From the IMG/VR virus record IMGVR_UViG_3300044821_000131, positions 140,258 through 204,257 of that record: a stretch of 64,000 bases of DNA; one strand, 5' to 3'. The position numbers and the translations under genes are program-made. Of this stretch, positions 9,110 to 19,900 are shown piece by piece (within the stretch, counting starts at the first letter, position 1; every line of letters begins with the position of its first letter). The notes under the pieces were generated by a model. That model was not told the DNA's origin. It ran no database searches and saw only the letters and a list, made by a program, of their open reading frames with translations.

Positions 9110-11124
9110 CCACCATGAGCAATCCTGTAAACAAAGTCCGCGCGCCCTCGGTCACGGCAAAGATTGGCGACGTAGTTGTGCCAGTGTTGTCGATCAGCCT
9201 GTATCACACTATCAATTCCCTGCCGTACGTCGAATTTGCTGTAGCATTGGATAACTCTCCGAATGGTAGTGGAATTGCCAGCATCGGTGGTGTCCAGATC
9301 GATATCACAAAGATCCGACAGCTGGGCAAGTTGATACAGGAAAAGATATATAACAACTTTTCGTTGCAGCCTGATGTAGAGATCGTCATCACGGACGATA
9401 CGTCGACCAATATAAATACGAATACGCTTACGTTCGTGGGCTTTCTTTGCAACCCTGAATTTCAGGCCGCTGCAGGTGGTCAATTTCAACTGGTCTTCAC
9501 CGCGCTCCACAGCATGGTTCGCCTGCAAGCCTTCAACGCTCAGATATACTACTGGTCGGCATACTACGCCACCAATCAAGATGCTTTTCAGAATGTGTTC
9601 GAGGCGTATTTCGGAACCAATTATGTCAAGGACGATAGTATTACCAATCGAACTCTGGCAGGTCTGAATGGCTTGATGAAAGATTTCACCTCGATGCGGG
9701 AGGCAGTGAACAGCCCGACTGCCGGCGTAACCTTCCAAGCCGAGAATAATTCTCCGACGTTGTTCGAGCCGGTACAGTGGAATGTCCATGTGTTAAACCA
9801 ACTGGTGCTGCCCGCCGTAAATCAGGTGTTGAGTGAAAGCTCCAAACTGACCGAGATCGAGGGTCTGACTTCAGCCAATACGGCGGCATTGTTCTCAGAC
9901 GCTCCGTTACACCGTACCATATTTGACACATTAACTGGCAGCATGAACATGCTCGATGCGTTGACGAATCTGTGTTCTCCGTTCATGTTCCAGATGAACG
10001 CCACGTGGAGTGATCATCTGTGGCTGGAGCATCTACAGACCATGGAGGTACCACAGAGCATGATTATAGCGCCCACCGAGAGTATATCATTCAATCTGTC
10101 GTCGGCCTTCGAGATACCAATCCTACAGGTTATTGTCCGAGGCCCCGGCAGTAATTTTTACGACGGCATGCCGGTCAGTCAAGGTAGTGATGTGGCACCG
10201 GTCTCTCCCTCATTATTAGTTCCCGAAGTACAGGACTCCGTGGTGTTGTCCGATCAGAGTCTACGTATCCTCGGCCGGTATCCCTCCAGTGTGCCAACGG
10301 TGCCGGCAGGCGTAAATTCCGACGTAGCTGAAGCTGTGTCACAGGCGAGTAACCTGTTGCAGTTGACCATAACGAATTCGACCGGCAATTTTGGCACCCC
10401 TACAACGAATTCCATATTGTCCAACAAGCAGTTGGCCCCGATGCCTGGGCGTTACGTATATATCGATGCACCGTCTTGGATCGCTGCGGATTTCAATCTG
10501 CTGACTCCGGATGTGACCGACGCGCTTACTACGGCGACCGATATGGCATTGGATTTGGTGGCCGGTCTGCCGTCTGATCAGGATCGTTACGCGGCCATGT
10601 CCACCGCGAAGGTGCCGTTCCTGAATTACATGGCTCGTTCCTATTTTAATGATCTGTTCCTGAACCGATCCACCGCGCGTGTAACCGTGCCGTTGGTGTT
10701 AACCCCGCAAGTTGGACGGACATACTTCTTGAAGGCTACCGGTCAGGATGCGTCCCTGTATATCGGGTATTTGCAGTCAGTAAAACATACGATCGTGGTG
10801 GGAGATCAGGCAATTGCCTCGACCGAGCTAGTATTCACTCACGTCCAGTCCCGGGATGCTACGTTGACCCCGGTTGTGCTCGGTAACGCATCCTATGGTG
10901 TCACGGCGCAACAACTGCTGGATTCTATAAACAACTCGGAGTCACGGCTGAATGCCATAGCCGCAAAGGGCACCACCTACAACGTGCTTTCGCCGGATGA
11001 CTTGGCGCAGATACAATTACAAGCCAACCAGGTGGCCCAAGGTGTATTGAACACCATAAAGAAAGTTAAGCAATCACCGACGTTTACCAATGTTGCTTCC
11101 AAAATCCGTAAATTCCTGCCATAA
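9106..11124 (+). CDS. Putative baseplate hub protein (gp27/gpD-like)
   Basis: 672 aa; C-terminal pattern TARVTVPLVLTPQVG...GYLQSVKHTI...STELVFTHV resembles hub proteins; operon position. Confidence 0.45.
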   Translation: MTTMSNPVNKVRAPSVTAKIGDVVVPVLSISLYHTINSLPYVEFAVALDNSPNGSGIASIGGVQIDITKIRQLGKLIQEKIYNNFSLQPDVEIVITDDTSTNINTNTLTFVGFLCNPEFQAAAGGQFQLVFTALHSMVRLQAFNAQIYYWSAYYATNQDAFQNVFEAYFGTNYVKDDSITNRTLAGLNGLMKDFTSMREAVNSPTAGVTFQAENNSPTLFEPVQWNVHVLNQLVLPAVNQVLSESSKLTEIEGLTSANTAALFSDAPLHRTIFDTLTGSMNMLDALTNLCSPFMFQMNATWSDHLWLEHLQTMEVPQSMIIAPTESISFNLSSAFEIPILQVIVRGPGSNFYDGMPVSQGSDVAPVSPSLLVPEVQDSVVLSDQSLRILGRYPSSVPTVPAGVNSDVAEAVSQASNLLQLTITNSTGNFGTPTTNSILSNKQLAPMPGRYVYIDAPSWIAADFNLLTPDVTDALTTATDMALDLVAGLPSDQDRYAAMSTAKVPFLNYMARSYFNDLFLNRSTARVTVPLVLTPQVGRTYFLKATGQDASLYIGYLQSVKHTIVVGDQAIASTELVFTHVQSRDATLTPVVLGNASYGVTAQQLLDSINNSESRLNAIAAKGTTYNVLSPDDLAQIQLQANQVAQGVLNTIKKVKQSPTFTNVASKIRKFLP

Positions 11125-11133
11125 TTCAAGCCG

Positions 11134-11835
11134 ATGACCGCAACTGACACAGACAGCGCCTACGCAGCCTACAGAGCCAACCCGGCGCCGGATACGTTAC
11201 ACGGTGTCGTCAAGACCTTGGCTCCGACGATCAATTATGCCTTGGCCTCGGTGAATGCTGTCGATGATCCTCTAGTGCGCAGCAAGGCTCAGATATACGC
11301 GGCTCAAGCTGTGGCGAAGTATGATCCGGTTTACGGCGCCAATCTGGCTACGCACGTTGGACATCAGCTTCGGCAGTTGACACGTACGGCGCGACAGTCG
11401 CGAGCTCCGGTTAAGATTCCGGAACGCGTACAGTTGGATTCCTTCAAGTTAAGTGAAGCGAAGAAAAGTTTTATGGACGAGTTCGGGCACGAACCAGATA
11501 TTCTGGAACTGGCGGACCACACCGGAATGCCGGTCAAACATATTGAAAAACTCAACCGTTATCAGTTCAGTATTCCGTCGGAAGAAGGCTACGGAGCTGA
11601 TATCGAACACGAAGGTCCAGACTTTGCTAAGGATGCACTCGAATACATTCATCATGACTCTGATCACACCGACCGAAGGATTCTCGAGTTAAAGCTGGGG
11701 TATGGAGGTCACGCTCCGCTAAATCCGCAGGAGGTCGGGGCCAAGTTGAAGCTGACGCCATCACAGCTAAGTCGTCGGTCAATGCGTCTGGCCAAACGTA
11801 TTCATGAGGTCCAGTCAGCGCTGGAGACACAATAA
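11134..11835 (+). CDS. RNA polymerase sigma-70 family factor, probable phage late sigma
   Basis: Region 2 end (ANLATHVGHQLRQL...APVKIP), region 3 (FMDEFGHEPDILELADHTGMPVKHI) and region 4 HTH (DRRILELKLGYGGHAPLNPQEVGAKLKLTPSQLSR). Confidence 0.85.
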   Translation: MTATDTDSAYAAYRANPAPDTLHGVVKTLAPTINYALASVNAVDDPLVRSKAQIYAAQAVAKYDPVYGANLATHVGHQLRQLTRTARQSRAPVKIPERVQLDSFKLSEAKKSFMDEFGHEPDILELADHTGMPVKHIEKLNRYQFSIPSEEGYGADIEHEGPDFAKDALEYIHHDSDHTDRRILELKLGYGGHAPLNPQEVGAKLKLTPSQLSRRSMRLAKRIHEVQSALETQ

Positions 11836-11836
11836 C

Positions 11837-12304
11837 ATGATTCAAACGGCTCAAGTCACGGGCGCCCGGGCGTTGCAGGCTTTGCACACGATCCGACAGT
11901 ATGTGCAGTCACACGACACCAAGTACTGGACGGCGGAAGAGATGGGTAGTCTCGATGCGTCGTCTTTGGGTTCGCTTCTGGATGATATTGATCACCGAGC
12001 GGCACAGGAGCTGTCGTCACAGCTGATGCTCGAATTGTCGGATCTGTTTTGTCTGATTCGAGACCGGGCCTACGCGAACAGATCTCGACGCTGGTTGTAC
12101 ACCAAGGCGTACAAGACGAAGATTCTGTCGGCTTACGAACTATGGGCAGCGTTCGTAAAGGAGAACCGGTCACAAGATCTAAAGAAGAATTTCTTGGATG
12201 TGGACCCGCTAGCTTTGGTGAATATCGACTTTGCTACAGCGTTGACCCTGCCCGAGAATTCAACCAAACTAACGGAAGCGTTGGCCAATTTGAACAAGTC
12301 CTGA
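11837..12304 (+). CDS. Hypothetical protein
   Basis: 155 aa helical ORF starting 1 nt after the sigma stop codon. Confidence 0.45.
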   Translation: MIQTAQVTGARALQALHTIRQYVQSHDTKYWTAEEMGSLDASSLGSLLDDIDHRAAQELSSQLMLELSDLFCLIRDRAYANRSRRWLYTKAYKTKILSAYELWAAFVKENRSQDLKKNFLDVDPLALVNIDFATALTLPENSTKLTEALANLNKS

Positions 12305-12305
12305 T

Positions 12306-12710
12306 ATGCGTGGTGTAAAAATAGATTTTACCGGTGCTGCCCCAGTGTTTGATTTTTCAAACACAGTGCAAGACTTCAACACCACCGTCCAAAACTCCAT
12401 GGTCAACCTGGCCACACAGATTGGCAGCGATACCCTGTACCCGGATAAGGGTACCAATCTGTTAATGGATGCCGTACAAGGATTGATGATAAACCAGCAG
12501 TGGGCTAACAACTCTGCCAACTTCGCGGCCATCAAGACCATTGTGTTCAGTCAGAATAATGATCTACCGGGAGATCCGTTTAGTCTGCAGACACTTTCTC
12601 TGACGGCGGACGTGTTTAACATTTACAATCTTAATTTCTCGGTGACCGCCGTGTGCGTGGATGGAACAGTGGTTGGGGCCACGGCAAACATTCAAACACA
12701 AAGCTCATGA
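12306..12710 (+). CDS. Baseplate wedge protein, gp25-like
   Basis: 134 aa; TQIGSDTLYPDKGTNL resembles the gp25 T..G.R...P.FG motif; directly upstream of the baseplate J-like gene. Confidence 0.55.
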   Translation: MRGVKIDFTGAAPVFDFSNTVQDFNTTVQNSMVNLATQIGSDTLYPDKGTNLLMDAVQGLMINQQWANNSANFAAIKTIVFSQNNDLPGDPFSLQTLSLTADVFNIYNLNFSVTAVCVDGTVVGATANIQTQSS

Positions 12711-14695
12711 GCAATTTACTCAGCGACTATTTTCCGAATCTGGACCAACTATCTTTGACCCAGATCCAAACGATTCGCCAACGCATTGTCGATACCTTGG
12801 CATCCGCGTGGCCCCAGTTGGACACCAGGCCTAACTCGGTCGTCGGCGACCTGCTCGTGACTCCGAAGGCAATAGTCGACGCACAGTCGGAAGCGGCAAT
12901 GGCCATGTTGTTATCCGATCTGGATATGAGCAACGTGGCGAAAGGTATAGTCTATAACTCAGATTTCGTGACGGCATTCTTGGCCAATTTCGGTGTGACT
13001 CCTCTAAATTCGGTTCCGTCATCCGGGGTGATTGCCCTGACCTTCAGCACGAACAAAAATTATGTGCTGGATCCGAACGCGCAGATCACCCTCGGATCAA
13101 ACGTGTTTCAGCTGGATCCAAGCGCTGGAAACCCGGTAGTGATCTATAGCAACGATAGTTCGAATACTCAAAATGGAGCTAATCCTTGGGTGCTCACTCA
13201 AACTGATGTAAATCAGTATGTGGTATATCTGCCGGTGATTGGTCCTTCAGGGGCTTCGGTGGGTAACGGGGACGTGGCCACCTATACTTTGACGCAGCCT
13301 GAACTTATAAGCATCAGCGCCGCGGGCGATTTCGATTCAGGTTCGGTAGCGGAGACATTACCGCAAATGGCTGTCCGTGCACAACAGACATTTGCGGCAG
13401 CCAGTCTAAATAATCGTAGCGGGGCCATTACGTTTCTGAACCAGCGGTGGCCGCAGATGCTCGGCAGCGCAGTTACGCTCACTGGCGATCCGGAGATGCT
13501 GCGCGCGGGCGTCAATCCGTTGGGCATATCGGACGGGGCGATGGACGTGTTCGTCAAGTCGCAATCCCAATATGTGTCCGGATCATCGGTCATACAGTTG
13601 ACCTATGACGCCACCAATGGCGGATGGGTAGGTTCTTTGAATCTGCCAGTTACTGCCGCGTTCTATTCACCGGCTCAAGGCATATTTCAGACCAGCAATT
13701 TTCAAAACTCGAAGAGCCTGAACGTGGTGTATTCCGAATCGAAGCATCCCAGCGTGGACAGTGTTAGCGTGGCCTTTTCCAAATACGAGAAGCTGGGAAT
13801 CTTTATCGTTGACACCAGTCCTCAGAACTTTCAACCGTCATCGGTAAGTGCGATCAATGAAATCGCCGGCACCGGAGTCGAGTTACAGGTAATCGGAGAA
13901 TATGCCAGTTATTACTTTAACGGAGGTACTTCGCGCTCAGTTACACTTCGGCTGGAGTCACAGACGACTTTGAACGGTGCTCCGGCGATAAGCGCGAGTG
14001 TGATCGACAGTCTGACTGGAGATACTGGAACGGTATACTTCGTAGCTAACAGTTCGGTGAATCCAACCGGTGGAACGATTGTTACTGGAACCTACGACTA
14101 CGATCGACTTCTGCGCGGGCTGCAACTGACGGCGGTATCTCCGGCGGAGACCTTCAATATTGGTGATTATTTGGGTTCGACTTTCGTTTTCAGTTATACC
14201 GGACGCAGCGCTAGTTTTAACGTGAACTATCTGTACGATCCGTCATTGATTCAAGTCGACAGTGTGCTACAAGATCCAGACAATCATCCGATCGGAGTTG
14301 ATGTGATTGTGCGGTCTTTCATGCCGTGTTACATTTCGAAGATGGTGGTCAATTATCGCATCGGTTATGGCAACACATTGGATGTAGCCACCGCGCAGGC
14401 AAACATATTTAACTATATCAATTCGATCGTGCCACCGAATCTTTATGAAGAGTCGGTTATAGGCCAGATTATGCTGTCGGCTGGAGCCTTGGGTCTGACC
14501 AGCGTTTCCATCAATGGCATATACTATCCAAGTCTGGCTAGTAATTTCGTGGACAAGTCTGGGAACATAAGTGCTGTAGCGAAATTTCCGACGACCACGT
14601 TGCAGGTTCCTGCCAACGACTTGGGTGTAAGTGCAAACAATGTGACGTATATAATCAATCAAGCTACTATCCAGTTCAATGCCACCGTTGTTTAA
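12707..14695 (+). CDS. Baseplate J / gp6-like wedge protein
   Basis: LDTRPNSVVGDLLVTP, SGVIALTFS, AAGDFDSGSVAET...RAQQTFAAASL, VTLTGDPEMLR, GAMDVFV; ATGA coupling at 12707. Confidence 0.75.
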   Translation: MSNLLSDYFPNLDQLSLTQIQTIRQRIVDTLASAWPQLDTRPNSVVGDLLVTPKAIVDAQSEAAMAMLLSDLDMSNVAKGIVYNSDFVTAFLANFGVTPLNSVPSSGVIALTFSTNKNYVLDPNAQITLGSNVFQLDPSAGNPVVIYSNDSSNTQNGANPWVLTQTDVNQYVVYLPVIGPSGASVGNGDVATYTLTQPELISISAAGDFDSGSVAETLPQMAVRAQQTFAAASLNNRSGAITFLNQRWPQMLGSAVTLTGDPEMLRAGVNPLGISDGAMDVFVKSQSQYVSGSSVIQLTYDATNGGWVGSLNLPVTAAFYSPAQGIFQTSNFQNSKSLNVVYSESKHPSVDSVSVAFSKYEKLGIFIVDTSPQNFQPSSVSAINEIAGTGVELQVIGEYASYYFNGGTSRSVTLRLESQTTLNGAPAISASVIDSLTGDTGTVYFVANSSVNPTGGTIVTGTYDYDRLLRGLQLTAVSPAETFNIGDYLGSTFVFSYTGRSASFNVNYLYDPSLIQVDSVLQDPDNHPIGVDVIVRSFMPCYISKMVVNYRIGYGNTLDVATAQANIFNYINSIVPPNLYEESVIGQIMLSAGALGLTSVSINGIYYPSLASNFVDKSGNISAVAKFPTTTLQVPANDLGVSANNVTYIINQATIQFNATVV

Positions 14696-16406
14696 CATTG
14701 ATGCCAACTTCTATGGAGAGTTGACGCCTTATCTTGGATCATTCTGGACGTCCAAGTTCGGACAGCCTGTCCAGGTCAACATCTTGTTGAATCTGGCGCA
14801 ACTTACTAACCAGAACGGGGCTTTCAGATCTGCCGTGGCGAATTTAAACGGAGATCTTGAAACCGCCAAACTGGAGAAGTTCGCAGTTATACCATTCGAC
14901 CCCGACTCCGTGTCAAAGTCCGGGCAGCTGATCTACGATGACCCGGACTATGCCAAGTTCTACGAAGCAGGCCAGACCGACATCGAGGCTTACAATGACG
15001 ACAGTGTACAGTATTTTGTACTGCCGGTTACCACGCATATACCGAAGGTGTTGCAGACTCCGCAGATTAAATTGTTTCTCGGAATTGATTTTTTTGCGGT
15101 AAAGGAAAGATGGTTGTTTTTCCGTCAGGATCCGCGTCTTTTATTTCCGGAATCGCAGCTTACGGCTCCGTTGGCTGAGCGTGTGAAATTCAAGCCGATT
15201 AATACTTTCCTGCTGCGAGCTGACGTGCGCGAGAATAATCAGTATCTCACCCAGTATTACCGGGGTAAACAAACACCTGGTGCTTTTAAATTGGCACTGG
15301 CCGCCGTAGCTGGTTTAAAGATCATTCATTACGATCAGAAGCTCTTGAGTGTGCGAGACTATCTCGGGACCAAAGTTTACACCTTCGAGCAAGAAACGAT
15401 TCGCGTTGAATACGAGCACACGGAACTAATCGTTGGCCAGGTCTATTCTGCAGACCAGATCATCGGCGATGGTTTGCAGATCTATTACGATCAGGGCACC
15501 GGTGATGCCTGGTGGAAACAGATAGATTGGGGTGCGGGTATTTCGTTGGATCCGATCCTTAGATCGTTCTCGGGACTGCCATTACTAAATCAGGACACAA
15601 TCGCTTACGGTGCAGGTAGCGACCTCGGATCAGTGAATGGTAGCAAGTTGCACGCTCGCATCAAATTGTCCGACGACTTCTACGGAGAAAAGGTATATTG
15701 GGATTGGGTCGCAGCACGTGAAACCAATAGTGGTTATTACGTCAACGGCCTCATTGGGTTGCCGGACGAACCATCAGCGTTTGTACCCCAACAATTTGGA
15801 CGGAATTACCCGTCCCTGCCGTCACTTGCTGTTACCATTGAGGATTGGCTTAACATCACGATCGTTCCGAGCACCGATCTGGACTACGGATTAATCACTG
15901 ACACGATCACAGAATTCGATGATTACGGTCCACTGGTGGCAACCGCTTTGCCCGGTACGAGCACCATACCTATATTCGAGAGCATATCGAACACTTTTGA
16001 ATTGCTGTTGGCGCAATATGCAGAAGCCAATGCCCTGAATCAGCAACTGGGGTGGCCTATCGAAGCACCAGACTTACAATCGTTGCCTGATCGACGGATC
16101 GTGAACGCGTTGGACTTCTTTTTCCAAGCCGTGTTGCAGAAGACCGGCATGGTGATCGTCGTGGATCGGAGTCAGATAAAGAATTTGGCCTTCTTTTACC
16201 GGTTCATGCAGCGGGAGATGCTGGCCGGGGTGGTGCCGGTTATCCTGAGTCACGGTGACGATTTGGAGATTGAATCTATGGCCGTAGGCACTACAATGAT
16301 CGTCGACGACCGCGCTGTAAACATAATGCCATCCACTCCGATTTCGCTGCTGGAGGCCGTGGATTTGACCGCGATTATGACCGATTCGGTTACACTAAAT
16401 GTATGA
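14679..16406 (+). CDS. Baseplate wedge protein (gp7/tail protein I position)
   Basis: 575 aa ORF following the baseplate J-like gene; position plus YYRGKQTPGAFKLALAAVAG segment. Confidence 0.45.
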   Translation: MPPLFNIDANFYGELTPYLGSFWTSKFGQPVQVNILLNLAQLTNQNGAFRSAVANLNGDLETAKLEKFAVIPFDPDSVSKSGQLIYDDPDYAKFYEAGQTDIEAYNDDSVQYFVLPVTTHIPKVLQTPQIKLFLGIDFFAVKERWLFFRQDPRLLFPESQLTAPLAERVKFKPINTFLLRADVRENNQYLTQYYRGKQTPGAFKLALAAVAGLKIIHYDQKLLSVRDYLGTKVYTFEQETIRVEYEHTELIVGQVYSADQIIGDGLQIYYDQGTGDAWWKQIDWGAGISLDPILRSFSGLPLLNQDTIAYGAGSDLGSVNGSKLHARIKLSDDFYGEKVYWDWVAARETNSGYYVNGLIGLPDEPSAFVPQQFGRNYPSLPSLAVTIEDWLNITIVPSTDLDYGLITDTITEFDDYGPLVATALPGTSTIPIFESISNTFELLLAQYAEANALNQQLGWPIEAPDLQSLPDRRIVNALDFFFQAVLQKTGMVIVVDRSQIKNLAFFYRFMQREMLAGVVPVILSHGDDLEIESMAVGTTMIVDDRAVNIMPSTPISLLEAVDLTAIMTDSVTLNV

Positions 16407-16987
16407 ACAACAACTTTAAGTTTTGGAACGAAGTTCGTATCCGCGGGCACAACCGTGACGGAACGCCGCGGGAGCAAATCGTTCATAACACGTTAACCTA
16501 CGCGGCCGCAGATATAATGATCGCGGCGCTGTTGAGGTCTGGACCGTCACAAGTGTCGTATCTGTATGCCCAACATGGTGGCTCAACGAACACGGCGCCG
16601 ATCACACTGCCGAATCCGATGCAGACGGCTACAATAACCAGCTTTACCCGAACCATAGGGGGTTACGACAACGGAGGGCTATGGATACCCATTCTGGCAG
16701 CGCCGGCTGTCGATACGACCGATGCACTTCTGTACGCTGGAAACTTGGCCACCTATTTCTTCCGCATCCCAGGCACATTGGCGTCCAATCAGTTTACAGG
16801 CAACTTCGTGGCCGGTACTAGCCTGATCTATTCGCTGGGCTTGGCCGTAGCGAAGAATGCCAATGACCGTTCAACGGACGTAGTCATTTCCGCGCTCGGC
16901 AACGGCGCGTTCACACCTTTCGTTATCTCGCCCACGGGTCAGGAAGCGATCGACTATCCGCTGCAGATCACGATTCCATCTTCTTAA
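16403..16987 (+). CDS. Baseplate/tail fibre attachment protein
   Basis: HNTLTYAAADIMIAALL N-terminus resembles fibre-collar domains; 194 aa. Confidence 0.4.
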   Translation: MNNNFKFWNEVRIRGHNRDGTPREQIVHNTLTYAAADIMIAALLRSGPSQVSYLYAQHGGSTNTAPITLPNPMQTATITSFTRTIGGYDNGGLWIPILAAPAVDTTDALLYAGNLATYFFRIPGTLASNQFTGNFVAGTSLIYSLGLAVAKNANDRSTDVVISALGNGAFTPFVISPTGQEAIDYPLQITIPSS

Positions 16988-16989
16988 AT

Positions 16990-19900
16990 ATGATACAAGA
17001 TCTTAGCAAAATAAGACATGTACAGCCGAACGATCCAGTCGATGCTGGTGTAACGTCTCAGCCAACCCGGGCGATTGAGTTGCGGCTTCAAGAGTTGGAA
17101 GCGCTTGTTTATGGCACAGGCGCGGCCAATCTCAATAATCAGTTGATCCTGTACAACATGCCGATCAATACCCAATCGCCGAATCAGGTGGGCTTGTACA
17201 ACACCGTGTTCTACAATCCGAACACGAATCAATATGAGCTGGCGATTGCCGACGTGACCTTGGTTGCCGGTACATTCACGAATAACCCTTCAGCATTGGC
17301 CGTTGGTGTGGTCATTGCCATTAATGGAGGCATGGCTAACATTTTGATCGGTGGCGCCAATTCTTGGGGTGTGGGCGGGGCCAGAACCGACATGCTGAAC
17401 GCGCTGATCGTGGAAGGTGCCTCCGGGTATACGCCCGGGGTGGTGTATTATTTGAGTGCTACGGTCCCTGGCAAGGTGACTCAGTATCCTCCGTCGCTGA
17501 AGATTCAAGTACTGGTGGATTCCAATAACAATTTCATCGTCGCGCCTATCTACGCCACGCCTGACGCGATTCAAAACATTTATTCATTGCCGGTAGGTAT
17601 GCGACCGGTCGGTTCTGTGCGTACGATCCCGCCGGATCAAGATCAATCTATCGTCGTAGGATTCGATGCGCTGGAGCAGTACGACTCAGTGAACAATTTA
17701 TGGCGCCTGTCTTCCGAAGGAACTGTGGCCGCAATCTCGAACTTTGGCTATATGGTGGCCGATGCTCGTGTGACCACTGAACCCGCGAATCCAATCTATG
17801 TTCGCATCCAAGTGGACGGATCTGGACATCTCAATATCTTCAGTGCCAACAAATTAGCTGACCTGTATGATGGAGGACCAAACGTATTCAATCAGTTCAA
17901 AGGTGTATCGGCGCTGTTGGCTCTATCGTCAGGAAATCAAGGCACGGTTCGTTATTATACAGTGGTAGACAATACCAATGTCACACTCGGAACCTTGGCT
18001 TTCAAGTTCACCTCGGCCGACATCAGTCTGGTCCGGCACGTGATCTTTAAATTTCCGGATCATTTTCAAGGCTGGAAGATGGTCAATGCTCCGATTCCTC
18101 CTACCGCCGCCGCCGTCATAAACTCTTCCGGCGTGATCACGAACATAAACGTAACCGAAGGAAGTGTCGGATACACCACGCCGCCTACGGTGGTTATTGT
18201 TGATGGTTCTGGTCCTGGGTTTGGCGCTACGGCGACCGCGGTGCTCAACGAGTTTGGAATGATTACCTCGATCACCGTCAACAACGGTGGTTCTGGTTAT
18301 ATCGCGCCGGTTGTGTCTTTCGATTCAAGACTGACAAACGTTCAGGTGTTAAATGGTGGCAGCGGAGCTACTGCGACGGCCACCGTGATTGGTGGCAGCA
18401 TAACCAGTGTTACTGTGACCAATGGGGGATCCGGCTACTATGCCAATCCAACTGTAAGCATTGTCGATCCGTTGGGTGTTGGATTGGGAGCGCAACTCGC
18501 TACTGAAGTTTTGAACGGGGCGGTTATCAGTGTCGCGGTCATCAATGGCGGCTCCGGTTACAATACGTCGCCGCTACCGATCTTGAAGTTGAACAACCCA
18601 TTCAACAGCAACTACGATCCCGGTATAAACTATGCGGCACCGCTGTTGAAGTTGGTGGGACAGACGCCGACCACGAATCCCGTACTGGCGCCAAGTTTTT
18701 CAGCGGCTGGCATCGTGCGGGTCGATGTGTTGAGCTCGGGAATCGGTTATAGTCCGCTCACAACGATTACGATTACTCCGAATTTGAATGGCGCCGTCGT
18801 GCATCCAGTCGTGGATTCGGATGGACGAATCATTCGGGTGGATGTCCTAAATGCTGGATCGAACTTTTCTGCCACACCCACATTGACGATTGTCAATTAT
18901 TCCGGGTTCAATGGTAACGGTGCGAGCCTGCAGGCAGTCTTGGGGTCTTCGTTGCAGAGCGTGGTAATTTCAAACGCTGGCAAAGGTTTGACTGATCCCG
19001 CTGCCGTGTTGCTCGGCACTCCGGTACGCGCTATCGAAATCGAGGCCAGCGGCAGTGGCTACGTGTCGGCGCCGGCCGTTACAATAGATCCGCCGGACAC
19101 CGCTGGCATTCCTGTGGCAAGTGGTGGCGTTCAGGCGACGGCTGTGGCGCTCATGGGTGGAACCATTGCCCGGGTGGAGATCACCAATGCCGGCACCGGC
19201 TATTCTCAAACGTCACCGCCGGCTATAACTCTGACCGGCACTGGTGGTACTGGTGCCGCGTTATCATTGTCGGTTGGTGCAGATGGCACTATCTGGGCAG
19301 TCGAGGTCTTGAATCCTGGTTCAGGCTACACGGCATTGTCAGCTACCATCGCGGCACCGATAAGCGGCACGACGGCCACGGTTAACATCTATTTGGAAGG
19401 TGCTGGATCAGTTATTGGGTTCACCATCACGAATCCAGGAAATGGATACGTTGGGTTGCCCAACGTGGTCATCGCAGCATCGCCGACCCTCGATAATGCT
19501 CTGGCGTCGTCCAAGCTGGTTGGTGGTACGGCACAGTTTCAGGTAACGATGAGTGGCGCGGGTGGAACACGAATTCCGCAGACGTTGACTTTGTCACAGG
19601 GTAACAATTTGCAGATATGGGATTACAACGATGATTTTCCGGATATCGTTCGTCCTCTCAATGCCTGTTGGTACTACAACATGAACGCAGATCCAAATCT
19701 GAAAGCGCTCTACCCGGCCGTACCGATCGACAAAGTTTCGTTCTTGCTGAATGGCGTGGAACAGAACGTGACTACGTTTAATGAATCTACCCAACTGTTG
19801 AGTAATCCGGACGCTGACTTTGCGGTGAGCCGTCGCACATTATTGTGGACCACATTCGACACCGACGGATGCCCTTGGGATGCGTCTGTCCAACAGTATG

